Source of the DNA: Lama glama
Taxonomy: Eukaryota
Direction of reading: 5' to 3'
DNA: 64,000 bases
Assembly: GCA_028534125.1 (NCBI GenBank)
Contig: CM052816.1
Span: forward strand, 34,288,001 to 34,352,000
Shown: positions 1 to 10,830 of the stretch, piece by piece
How positions within the stretch are numbered: position 1 is the first letter of the stretch
Layout of the letters: every line of letters begins with the position of its first letter
The notes under the pieces: model-generated
Told to the model about the DNA's origin: nothing
The model's input: only the letters and a program-made list of their open reading frames with translations
Database searches by the model: none
Translations under genes and position numbers: made by a program

Positions 1-2110
1 TTCATGATGTCTACCATATCCCACTATGCAGTACCTCAACCTCACAAGGTATTTCCTAGCCAGAAACATCACTGAACTTTCAGAAGGCCATCCCAGCACT
101 CTATTAATCCAAGTGCTTCTCAGGGATAAAACACATGCTGAGAACATGGGTGTGTGCCTGTGTTTCTGTGCTTACTCTGCTGTAGAACATGTATCCCCTG
201 GCTAGAGGGGACATCATGTGGTATACCATGGGAATGAAAAAAAGTACTCCTCAGATACACCAATGATGGGTTGAGCATTTCTGAAACATGAATCATAGCC
301 CTGGAAGGACCAGGCTTTGCCCTCCCTATCTAGAGACTACAACTAGCACACCACCAGGTCTTCCCTTGGAAAAAATGCCTTATCATGAGTTTAGTTTTAG
401 TCTATGCTGTTGGGAGTTTGCACAGTCAGGAGTGGCAGTAGCCAACTGAGGGGAAGACCACAACTTTGAACCCATGTACAGCTTCTATCCCTGCTGCCCT
501 AGATTCTTTGTACTTGGACCCACTGGAGTAGAAGTCGGTGGGTGGGGGGAAATGGCGTCCACAGAACAGCTTTTTCATCTCTGCAATTGGAGACCTGTGA
601 TGGGCATGATGTGGAAGATGAGAATCTTCACATGCTGTACCCATTTTGAGAGATTCATTTGCACCCCTCTCTGTCAGACATCTTACCACCAATTTTTCTA
701 CTTTGTTATTTCCAAGTCCCTGATCAGTCAGCCAGCCCTTTAACTACTGCCCATGAGCCCCTGTAGGTCTGTATCTTAGGCTGTCTTTCTTGCCACACAA
801 AATAAACAACGAGATGTTCTTTGGAAATTTCTGCTCACATGAAGGATTTCTGTTCACCAATGTCTTCCAGGCCATCCCGAGTGGGAAAGTAGTGCAGCAG
901 CCAGCTAGTCTCACTGGTGCTGACGTGCTACACAGACAAATCTACAAACTGGGCTTGTGCTTTCCCCTCCTCAGTCCCCAAGTCAGGAAACCAATATGGA
1001 AGTTCTATTTCCAATTACTAGGCACACGGTATGTTTCACAACTGGAAAATTAACCTGAGTATGGGTTCATGCCCTTTTTGGACACACCTTTAGACAGACA
1101 CTATCCAGGACTCCACATAACCTGAGCTCTATAAGGCCCTATAATGACTTGTGAATTACAGTGTTACTTTGGGTTTCTGGGGATCATCTTAAGTTCAGAG
1201 CCAGTCCTCAATAAACCCCAGAAAAGCTGAGCTCCATTCTCTCCCATGTACAGTCACCCTGCTAAATGGCTTCAGGAACAGCTGGAGAACGCCTGTGGGT
1301 TTGTGGCACAGGCATTCCTCAAAGGGACCTTACCTCCCCTTAACTCAAAGGAATCTGCGGCTGTGTACTGACTTAGGAAATGGATAAATCCCACTTAAGG
1401 TAATTCAAGTTTGTTTTCTTCCCGGCCAAACTAAAAATTGTTTTGGCCTACGTATTTCAAGAAGCATTTTACTAGGCCGCCCATCTATTTCATTTCTAAG
1501 GAGCCACTGCCAGAAATTCCTGCAGGTCAAAAATTCTCTAATAACCATTTTACACATGATTTTATTGTAGTAATTGCATCACCACCTGTTCTCCACAACT
1601 CCATGTGATATTATTCCCATTGAGATCAAAAACCCAATTTCACTGAAATTTTCCTACATTATTTCTGGGCTAGAGAGAACTGGCAATTCAGAGGTCTTCA
1701 AGGATGGTGGTGTGCCTCAGTGACGAGCGTGCCCTCCACGTTCTCCCAGAGTATATGACTGGGAGTGGCTGCGCAGGCTGCACATAATGAATTCATTCCA
1801 GCTCTCCCGTTTCCTGCAGCCTCAGACCCTGCCTCTTCAGAAGGCTGGAGTGAGGAGTGCTGGCACTTCAACCTTGCTAACTGTAAGCCAACTTTGGGCA
1901 CAGATTTACATCAGCCAGTTAGCAAACTGTACATGTCTCTACCAAGTGTTTTACCAAAACATTATATCTGAATTCCAAATGAGTACACTAGGTTCAATGA
2001 CTTTAGCCTTCTCTGATAATATCTCATCAGTGTTGCTCAAATACCCCAAGAATCCACTCCTTGCTTACTTTCCAAGCTTACTTTCCAGGCTACTAATGAT
2101 AGAAAATAGG
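1..2110 (-). mobile_element. Degenerate ERVL/MaLR-class internal region (gag-pol remnant, RNase H-like segment at ~590-740)
   Basis: Minus-strand ~740-590 translates, with stops and shifts, as AD*SGTWK*QSRKIGGK...KWVQHVKILIFHI. This resembles the ERVL RNase H motif AGWSGTWKEHDWKIGDK...EWAKNVKIFVSHV (recalled). Extent beyond the motif is inferred. Confidence 0.65.
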
Positions 2111-2149
2111 AAGGTCATTCTATCTTTTTTTTTTTTTCAGAAGTAATTA

Positions 2150-2545
2150 AAAAATTTTTTTTAGCTTTTCAATTTTTATATGTTAAAAATGCATTAAGGT
2201 TGTACAAATGGTATAAAGAGCTCTAATATAACCTTTACCCAGATTCAACAAGTGTTAACATTTCACCTTATTTATGATTTTGTGTTTCTCTTTCTCTACG
2301 TGAAAGCATTCTCATACACTTTTTTCCCCTGAATCAGTTGCGAATTGAAAAAAAATTGCAGACATCATACACTATTACCTCAAAATACTTCAATACGTAT
2401 TTTCCAAGGACAGTCTCTTACATACTCACTATACAATTATCAAAATCGGGAAACCTGATTTGGATACAATACTGTTATACAATTCACTGTGTTTGAGATT
2501 TGCCACTTGTTCCAATAACGGCTTCTACAGATGTTTTTTCTCAGA
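2150..2545 (-). mobile_element. Old L1 (L1MC-like) 3' UTR fragment
   Basis: T-rich start, then motifs typical of antisense L1MC 3' ends (cctttacccagattca...gttaacattt; gcagacatcat...aaatacttca). Confidence 0.5.
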
Positions 2546-2574
2546 TAATGAAATACATTTATTGTTCATAAGTA

Positions 2575-4374
2575 ACCTTTCTTTCTCTATTATTGTGGTA
2601 AGAGCACTTATGAACTACCCTCAATACATTTTGAAGTGGAAAGTACTGTTAACTATAGACTCAATGCTCTGCAGCAGATCTCTAGAACTTATCACATTTG
2701 GAGAACTCAAACTTTATATCCATTGAACAGTTACTCTCCATTTTCCCCTCCTTTCAGCCCTTGGCAACCACAATTCCACACTGAATCTATGAGTCTGACT
2801 ATTTTAGATACCTTGTACAAGGGGAAACATGCAGTGATTGTCCTTCTGTGACTGGTTTATTTCACTAAGTGTAAGGTCCTCCACATTCGTCATGTTGTCA
2901 CATATGGCTGGATTTCTTTTTTAAGGCTGAAAAATATTGCATTGTATATTCATACCACATTTTCTTTATCAGTTCATCCATCAAGGGACATTTAGATTGT
3001 TTCTTTATCTTGGCTATTGCAAATAATTTTGCAAAAAAAAACTGTGCGTGTAGATGTGTCTTTCAGAGCCTGATTTTAATATACATTCAGAAGTAGGATT
3101 GCTGGATCATATGGTAGTTCTATTTTTAATTTTTTGAGGAACTTCCATACTGTTTTCCATAGTGGCTGCACAATTTTATATTCTCACCAACACTGTACAA
3201 AGGTTCTAATTTCTCTACATTCTCACCAACACTTGTCTTTTGGTTATTTTGATAATAGTTATCCTAACATCCTAAGTGTAAGCCGATATCTGGACTCACT
3301 ATTCTGTCCCATTAGTCTATATGTTTGTTTTTTGCCTCCATCTTTCTTCTTTCTCATGATTGTTTTGGCTATTCAGGGATGTTTTTGTGTTTCTATATAA
3401 ATTTATGAAAAAAAAATTGGAATATTCATTGGGATTACATTGAAGCCCTAGAGCACTTTGGGTAGTACGGACATTTTTAACATCAAGTCTTTCAACTTAA
3501 AAACAAACATAGGATGTCTTTCCATTTACTTGTGTCTTCTTTAATTTTTTCATCAATGTTTCGTAGTTCTCAATATACCAGTCTCTCACCTCTTTGGTTA
3601 ATTTTATTCCTATGTATTTTATTCTTTTTGGTGCTATTGTAAATGGGATTGCTTTCTTCACTTCCTTTTTGTATACTTCATTGTTAGTGTATTAAAACAC
3701 AACTGATTTTTGTATAGTACAAAATTTACTATTCTACCAGTTTTAATTTTTGTGGAGTCCCTAGGGTTTTCTACCAATAAAATCATGTCATTTGCAAACA
3801 GAGATAATTTTACTTCTTTTCTGATTTGAATGCCCTGTTTTCCCTTGCCTAATTGTTCTGGCTAGGAATTCCAGCACTATTTTTAATAGAAGTGGCAAGA
3901 GTGAGCATCCTTGCCTCTCCTTAAGCTTAGTAAAAAACTTAAAAAATTTTCACCATTGAGTATAATGTTAATTGTAGGATTTCCATATATGGACTTTATT
4001 ATATTGAGGTAAGTTCCTTCTGTAATGCAATTTTTTCTATACCTAGTTTTTATCATGAAAGGTGTTACATTTTATCAAATGCTTTTTTTCTGCATCTATT
4101 GAGATGATCCTGTGATTTTTATTCTTCATTCTACTTTTTCCTTCAATCTATTCTTGTGATGTATTACATTAACTGATTTGTGTATGTTGAAACATACTTA
4201 CATCCCAGAATTAAATCTTACTTGATGATGGTATATGACCTTTTAATGTGATGTTGGATTCAGATTGCTAGCATTTTGTTCAGAATTTTAGGATCTATGC
4301 TCATTAGGGATATTGGCCTATAGTATTCTTTTCTTGTAATATCTTTGTCTGCCTTTGATATCAGGGTAATGTTG
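2575..4374 (-). mobile_element. L1 (L1MA/MB-like) 3' UTR plus ORF2 remnant, internally deleted near 3290
   Basis: Antisense L1 3' UTR/ORF2 text (ggattgctggatcatatggtagttctatttttaattttttgaggaac). Minus strand at 4260-4374 encodes [35 protein letters not shown], the start of the L1 RT region. Confidence 0.88.
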
Positions 4375-4674
4375 AAACTACTATGAACAATTATATACCA
4401 ACAAATAGGTTGGCTGAGAAAAACCACATTAATTCCTTGAAACATGCAACCTACCAAGACAGAATCATGAAGAAATAGAAAACCTGAGCAGGTCAATAAC
4501 AAATAAGGAGATTGAGTCAATAATAGAAAACCTCTCAACAAAGAAAAACCCAGAACCAGGTGGTTTCACTGGTAAATTCTACCAAACATGTAAAAAAAGA
4601 ATTAACACCAACCCTTCTTAAATTCTTTCAAAACATTTAAGAAAAGGGATCACTTCCAAACTTACTTTATAAGG
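4375..4674 (+). mobile_element. Inverted 5' segment of the same L1 (ORF2 upstream of RT)
   Basis: Sense ORF2 text (actactatgaacaattatat...aaagaaaaacccagaaccaggtggtttcactggtaaattctaccaaac...ccaaacttactttataagg) directly abutting the antisense piece. Confidence 0.85.
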
Positions 4675-4859
4675 ATATTAATTTTCACAGTGTATAAGCT
4701 TTTTTTTTTTTTTTTGAGCCGTCCTGGACAATGTTGGGATATTTAACTCTCTTCATGAACCACAAGGCAATACACTGGGTTGGATAATGCTAAAGAAGAC
4801 AGGCCTCAATTCCTGAGGCAACTGTAGCACTGTCTCAAGTGCAATGTGAAAACCTTTAA

Positions 4860-5330
4860 GGAGGGGAGAGCTAGTTCCCTTGCATGGGAAAGGGAAGGGG
4901 TAGGCACAGGATCCCTTCCATCAGGAGAGGTCCAGGAGAATTCAGAAGAAAAAATTTGTCAGCCTTGTTCATGTCTAATCCCCTTCAGTTTCTCAGGTTC
5001 TTACCTTTTCTCCACTAATCCCCTTACTTCAGCAATAGAGACTTGGCACTGCTGTGTGTTTAATTAGCATGGCAATTCATCAACCCTTACAGTCAGGACC
5101 CAGGCGTAATTGAGAGACACAGCAGCCTAAAGCTGACTTCACAAGTAAGGGACCAAGAGATATGATCTCACTCTCTTCCTTCTTCTGGTCTCCTATGGAA
5201 ACTCCCCTTTGTCAAAACACAACCAGAAACCAGAGGAAAAGAGAAGTCTGTTGATACAGTCCATTCAGGCCAGCCTCCTGGACAGAGAGAAGAGTAGGAA
5301 ATGGGTGTCGAACAGGAACAACAGCTGCCC
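4860..5330 (-). mobile_element. ERVL-class LTR remnant (LTR41/LTR16-like)
   Basis: 5200-5310 (caaccagaaaccagaggaaaagagaagtctgttgatacagtccattcaggccagcctcctggacagag) resembles the reverse complement of the ERVL LTR41-type 5' part. Confidence 0.45.
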
Positions 5331-5936
5331 TACGTAGCACCAAAATTCAGCCCTAGTTAACCTACACAAGGTGAAGACTGCAAACTAACCTCTGGGAGGT
5401 TAGAGAACTAGACTCAGAAATGAACAGGAACCAAGACTAGAAATAGAAACTACAGTAACAATCCAGCGAGGATGAAATCCATCCCTTTGTTCTAGATTAA
5501 AATTCTAGATTGAGACTAGAGGCTTCGCATATGCCAAATGTAGTTAAGAACAGGACCTCTATTTCAGTATCATCAGATACGCTCAATGGGTAAGAAGCAA
5601 TATTCCAAATGGAAGGCAGAAGAAAATTATGCTGGTCTGCCACAAAACAGCAACAGTCTGTGTTAAATGTGGAGGGATCCCCTGGTAGACTACAAGGGCA
5701 GACGTTAGCTGCCTTCCCAGGAAGTTCTGCTGTTTGCAATGCAGCTGCTTCTACTTACTACACAAGTGAATGGAAATGGAACACTAAGCAACATTCTGAA
5801 AGTGTGGTCAAGACAGGATTATTTAGATGCTCGCTCTACACTGCACATCCATGGTGCTTCAGGTGAACCTCTAATAAGTTTACCACTTTCTCAGTGAAAA
5901 CCTCAGTTTTTTTTCAGTTTAAGAATGTGTCACATC

Positions 5937-7200
5937 GGAGAGACGGAGAAGATGGAGGAGTAGAAGGACGCTCGTAAGTCACCCTCTCCCACAAATACAC
6001 CAAGACCCACATCTACAGACCCACTCAGCCAACCAGAGCACCTGTGGAACTCCGACAGAACATCGACCTCTTCAAAAGATTAAGACACCAAAAATCTGGT
6101 AGGAAAAAAGGAAAAAAGAAAGAACAAAAGGCAAAGCAGCGCGGGACGGGTCCCGCGGGGAGGGAGCGGCAAAGGAGGACTGGGGCTCGCTCGCTGGGTC
6201 TCCCCTCTCCAACTGAGAGGCCAGCGGGACGGAGGGGGAGCCTCCGAGGCTCGGATCTGTACAGAGCAGCCCTTGTCTGACAGAACTAAGTTAAACGGGC
6301 ACATAGCGTCCCCCCGACACCCAGCCTGAGACGCGGGCCGGCAGCGGCAGGCAGGGCCAGGCTGCACAAGCCAGGCGGAGAACCGGGCAGCTGCACGGAG
6401 GCAGCCCCGGGGGACTGCAAGGGGCTGGGCGCCGTGGCCGTGGGTCTACAGGGCAGAACAACCTGGGCCCTCCATAAAACAGCAAGGTTGATGTGCTCTC
6501 GGGGGAAGGGTGCATACCCCCATCTCTGAAAACCCTTGGAAACTTTTCGGGGGAAGAGTGGCGGGGCTCAGGCACAGCCGCCATATCCTCCGGCGCTGAG
6601 CAGCCAGGCGGGGGTGGGGGCGAAACCTGCATCCGCACGAAGGGCTTAGCAGCCTCAAAGGCCAGACTGAGAGGGCCTACAGCCCAGGGCAGATAGGATG
6701 CTTCCATCCTGGTCCCTCAGAGAACTTGCTCCACAAAGACAAACAAGGAGCTGCGTTTTGACTCAGAGCAGGGACAAGGCTGTCCCTCGTCTTCCCCGAG
6801 CCCACCTGCGGAGCGCCGACCAGGGCGGAGGGCGCAGCCGCACAGAGCACAGCGGAGCTACCCCGCGGCACAGGTGGAGGGAGAGCGGCCCCCCGCCTTT
6901 CGGGCAGGAACACAGCCCCTGACCGAGGTGCTGGGGTGGGGGGCGCGACCCGCCCTCCTACCTGGCCAGTCTGCAACATCTGACTGCGGCATCCGGAGGG
7001 GCAGTGACCCGCCCGTCCACAGCAGAGGAGAGCTGCACCTAACCCCGTGTTAGGAGAAGGCGCGATCTGCTTGCCGACAGGTGCTGGGAGCAGCACAGAA
7101 GAGGGCGCCAACAGAGGGCCTCTGAAAACAACAAGCTGAGCTTCCAAAACAGGACGAAGACAGAAAGACTTCACATTAAAAGCACACAGACTCCAGGAGA
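5937..7200 (+). promoter_or_regulatory. L1 5' UTR internal promoter / CpG island
   Basis: The only long GC- and CpG-rich stretch in the window (densest ~6130-7110); lies between the L1 5' end and ORF1. Confidence 0.75.
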
Positions 7201-7603
7201 ACACAGACAACCCCCCCCCTTTTTTTTATCTGTTTTTATCTGTCTATTTTCTATTACTCTCTTAATTTTTACTTCTTAATTCATTTCTATTTCTCTTGGG
7301 TTTTGATTTCCTGTTATTGATTAGACACAGGCTTCAAATACATCTATTCATCTCCCCCCCACTTTTTTTTTTTAAGGTTTTAAAAGGACGTCTCAACCCG
7401 ATTAATACTCTGCTTCAACTCGCTCTTCTATTATTCATTATACACTGTTTTCAAACCCTCTTTCTCCCTTCTTTTAAAATTCTTTCTCTCTCTATTTTTT
7501 CTTTTTTTCCTAAGTTCTATTCCTAAATAGGCATTAGATAGATAAAAACCAAAAGATCCAAAATAGACAACTGATAATCCATAAACCACAGTGCTAGAGA
7601 GGT

Positions 7604-8377
7604 ATGAACAAGATGAAGAAGCAGAGAAACCTTTCCCAATTAAAAGAACAAGAGAAATCCCCTGAAAGAAAGATCAATGAAATAGACATCGATAGCCTAC
7701 TAGATCAAGATTTCAAAAAAGGAGTGATCAAATTGCTGAAGGAATTAAAAGAGAGAGTGTTTAGAGATATAAAATACGTCAAAAATGAAATTGAAGCTAT
7801 AAAGAAGAGCGAAGTAGAATGGGTAACTCATTGACAGAGATGAGGAATGATCTAATAGCTGTGCAAAGCCGACTAGATAATGCAGAGGAACAAATCAGTG
7901 ATCTAGAAGACAGGGCAATAGTAAGCACCCATTCAGAAGAACTACAAGATAAGCAAATAAAAAATAATGAAAGTAACACAAGGGACCTATGGGATAATAT
8001 AAAGCATCCCAATATTCGCATAATAGGGGTCCCAGAAGGGAAGAAGGATCAAAGGGGATTGAAAAGGTTTTTGAAGAAATCATGACTGAAAACTTCCCAA
8101 ACTTACAGAAGGAATCAGATATCCAAGTACAGGAAGCTCAGAGGGTCCCAAACAGAAAGAACCCAAATAGACCCACACCAAGGCATATCATAATCAAGAT
8201 GGCCAGAGTCAAGGATAAAGAGATGATTCTAAAGGCAGCAAGAGAAAAACAAAGAATGAATTACAAGGGAACCCCCATAAGGCTCTCAGCTGATTTCTCT
8301 ACACAAACACTACAGGTCAGAAGGGAGTGGCAAGATATATTCAAAGCCCTGAATGAAAAAAAGATGCAGCCTAGGAT
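7604..8377 (+). pseudogene. L1 ORF1p (RNA-binding protein), two apparent 1-nt frameshifts, truncated by the gap
   Basis: Three consecutive frames join into ORF1p: MNKMKKQRNLSQLKEQ... / ...RLDNAEEQISDLEDR...LWDNIKHPNIRIIGVPEG / EEGSKGIEKVFEEIMTENFPNL...PTPRHIIIKM...GTPIRLSADFS...RREWQDIFKAL. Shifts at ~7820 and ~8040. Confidence 0.92.
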
Positions 8378-8877
8378 NNNNNNNNNNNNNNNNNNNNNNN
8401 NNNNNNNNNNNNNNNNNNNNNNNNNNNNNNNNNNNNNNNNNNNNNNNNNNNNNNNNNNNNNNNNNNNNNNNNNNNNNNNNNNNNNNNNNNNNNNNNNNNN
8501 NNNNNNNNNNNNNNNNNNNNNNNNNNNNNNNNNNNNNNNNNNNNNNNNNNNNNNNNNNNNNNNNNNNNNNNNNNNNNNNNNNNNNNNNNNNNNNNNNNNN
8601 NNNNNNNNNNNNNNNNNNNNNNNNNNNNNNNNNNNNNNNNNNNNNNNNNNNNNNNNNNNNNNNNNNNNNNNNNNNNNNNNNNNNNNNNNNNNNNNNNNNN
8701 NNNNNNNNNNNNNNNNNNNNNNNNNNNNNNNNNNNNNNNNNNNNNNNNNNNNNNNNNNNNNNNNNNNNNNNNNNNNNNNNNNNNNNNNNNNNNNNNNNNN
8801 NNNNNNNNNNNNNNNNNNNNNNNNNNNNNNNNNNNNNNNNNNNNNNNNNNNNNNNNNNNNNNNNNNNNNNNNNNNNN
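8378..8877. other. Assembly gap (500 N)
   Basis: Run of exactly 500 N inside the L1. Confidence 1.
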
Positions 8878-9485
8878 TATAGCACAGGGAAATATACACA
8901 AACTGTTATGATAACTCACAGAGAAAAAAATGTGACAATGAGTGTGTATATGCCCATGAATGACTGAAAAATTGTGCTGAACACTGGAATTTGACACAAC
9001 ATTGTAAAATGATTATAAATCAATAAAAAAATAAATAAATAAAACAAATGGCCAGGAAGAATTGAAAAAAAAAAAAAAAGAATGTGTCACATCAATCCTA
9101 GTCAACCACACATGCTTGTGGGGTGGGATCCAGAGGAAGTTGTTTTTATATCCTCCTCGCACCCTACTTAATGCCTTAAGCATGAAGCTCAATAAATATC
9201 AATTGAATAAATGAATGAGAAAAAGCAACCTCAAAAGATTAAGCTTGATTTAGTTTGAGAGGCAAGTATATTTTACTGTATCTTCCCATCCTTCACCCAG
9301 GATATATATGGTATTCTTTTAAAGTGAGAACTTGCTTTAAAGATAATCCAGTCCAGAAAATAATTGAAAGAAAGCTTCAGAGTGGACTCCTGTAGCAGAT
9401 GGAGCCTGAATGAAGTGGCCATTTCACTTCTACTGTCTCTGGGAACCAAGGGAAAATCCTGGGCACAAACTTCTTTCTCTCTTAC

Positions 9486-9535
9486 CAGATCTCTGTATAG
9501 CATTTCTCAAAGCAGCAAAAAGCTATTCTTTTCTT
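9486..9535 (-). other. Candidate 50-nt exon of an unidentified transcript
   Basis: Minus strand tgattttcccaacag|AAGAAA...GATCTG|gtaaga; splice signals only. Confidence 0.25.
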
Positions 9536-9616
9536 CTGTTGGGAAAATCACTTTATATGCATCTCATACCAGTGTTTACATGAAAAACAGTTGTTAGCTG
9601 ATTTAAAAACAAGTTA

Positions 9617-10128
9617 CAAGACATGGAAACAGCCAAAATGTCCATCGACAGATGACTGGATAAAGAAGACATGGTATATTTATACAATGGAATACTACTG
9701 AGCCATAAAAATGACAACATAATGCCATTTGCAGCAACATGGATGTCCCTGGAGAATGTCATTCTAAGTAAAGTAAGCCAGAAAGAAAGAAAAATACCAT
9801 ATAAGATCGTTCATATGTGGAATCTAAAAAAAAAAAAACATAAATACAAAACAGAAACAGACTCGTAGACACAGAGTACAAACTTGTGGTTGCCAAGGGA
9901 CAGACTGGGAGTTCAAAATTTGCAGACACTGATAGGCATATGCAGAATAGAATAACAAGCTTATACTGTATAGCACAGGGAAATATATACAAGATCTTGT
10001 GGTAGCTCACAGTGAAAAAAATGTGACAATGAATATATGTAAGTTCATGTATAACTGAAAAATTGTGCTCTACACTGGAATTTGACATAACATTGTAAAA
10101 TGACTACAGCTCAAAAAAAACGTAAAAA
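9617..10128 (+). mobile_element. 5'-truncated lineage-specific L1 (ORF2 end + 3' UTR)
   Basis: caagacatggaaacagccaaaatgtccatcgacagatgactggataaag... Its 3' end aligns with the young L1 3' end at 8878-9030. TSD aaaaacaagtta (9605-9616) / aaaatcaagtta (10129-10140). Confidence 0.92.
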
Positions 10129-10419
10129 AAAATCAAGTTAGAATGAGCTACAGTTATGCAATTGATGACAGTATTTTCTGTTCGGATTTTAAATGACCAG
10201 TGTTTAAAAATAGTCTTTTAATGAGACAAAACCAGCTTTATTTGCATTCTAAATCACTCAACCACTATCAGATCTCAAAATAATTTTTTTTTAGTAAAAT
10301 AAAAAGGAAAAGAGAATGCCTGGGTACATCTACCAAAAAAGTTCATTGAGTTTAAAACACATTGCACTGGTCACTTTTTACATACATACACAAGCTGTGC
10401 CATTTGGTATCTAAAAGGA

Positions 10420-10830
10420 AGGCTTATCTAATTAAAATGCTAAAATTGTAATATACATCCATGAATATAATCAAATAATTTTAAAAGAAGAAATACAAGA
10501 CAGCAGACATATTGAAAACCATTTGATTCACTAATAATGGTTTTCAATTTCAAATTCAAAACAGTAAGATAACATTTTGGCTATTAAGTAAAGAATTTTT
10601 TTAAATAATAAGAAAGAAGAAATCATTGCTAATGCTGGAAAAGACTCAGTGAAACAGGAACCCTCAGACACTTCTAGTTAGAGTGCAGATTACAACTTGA
10701 CATTAGCTCTCAAGAACCTTAAAATACTGATATTCTCTGACTCACCTAATCTCACTTTGGGAAATACCCCTAATGATTCTAAATGCCTATGACACAATTT
10801 GTAAGCAAGTATTCATTTTGCCAAGCCTCT
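10420..10830 (+). mobile_element. Old L1 (L1M) ORF2-end fragment
   Basis: Degenerate L1 motifs (aagaagaaatacaa...; aatgctgg...gtgaaacaggaaccctcagacact...aatctcactttgggaaatac). Confidence 0.45.

Larger units (their letters stand above)
5937..9077 (+). mobile_element. Young LINE-1 with intact 5' end and 3' end (interior hidden by the N gap)
   Basis: Starts ggagagacggagaagatggaggagtag. Has a CpG-rich 5' UTR, ORF1, a 3' UTR after the gap and poly(A). Perfect 16-bp TSD aagaatgtgtcacatc at 5921-5936 and 9078-9093. Target ttt/aaga fits the L1 endonuclease preference. Confidence 0.95.

Noticed and set aside
6044..7210. Cluster of overlapping ORFs up to 177 aa
   Set aside because: GC-rich L1 5' UTR is depleted of stop codons; no recognisable protein
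8082..8997. Long ORFs (191-266 aa) in the ORF track
   Set aside because: Their length comes from translating the N gap; only the 8082-8377 ORF1 portion is real
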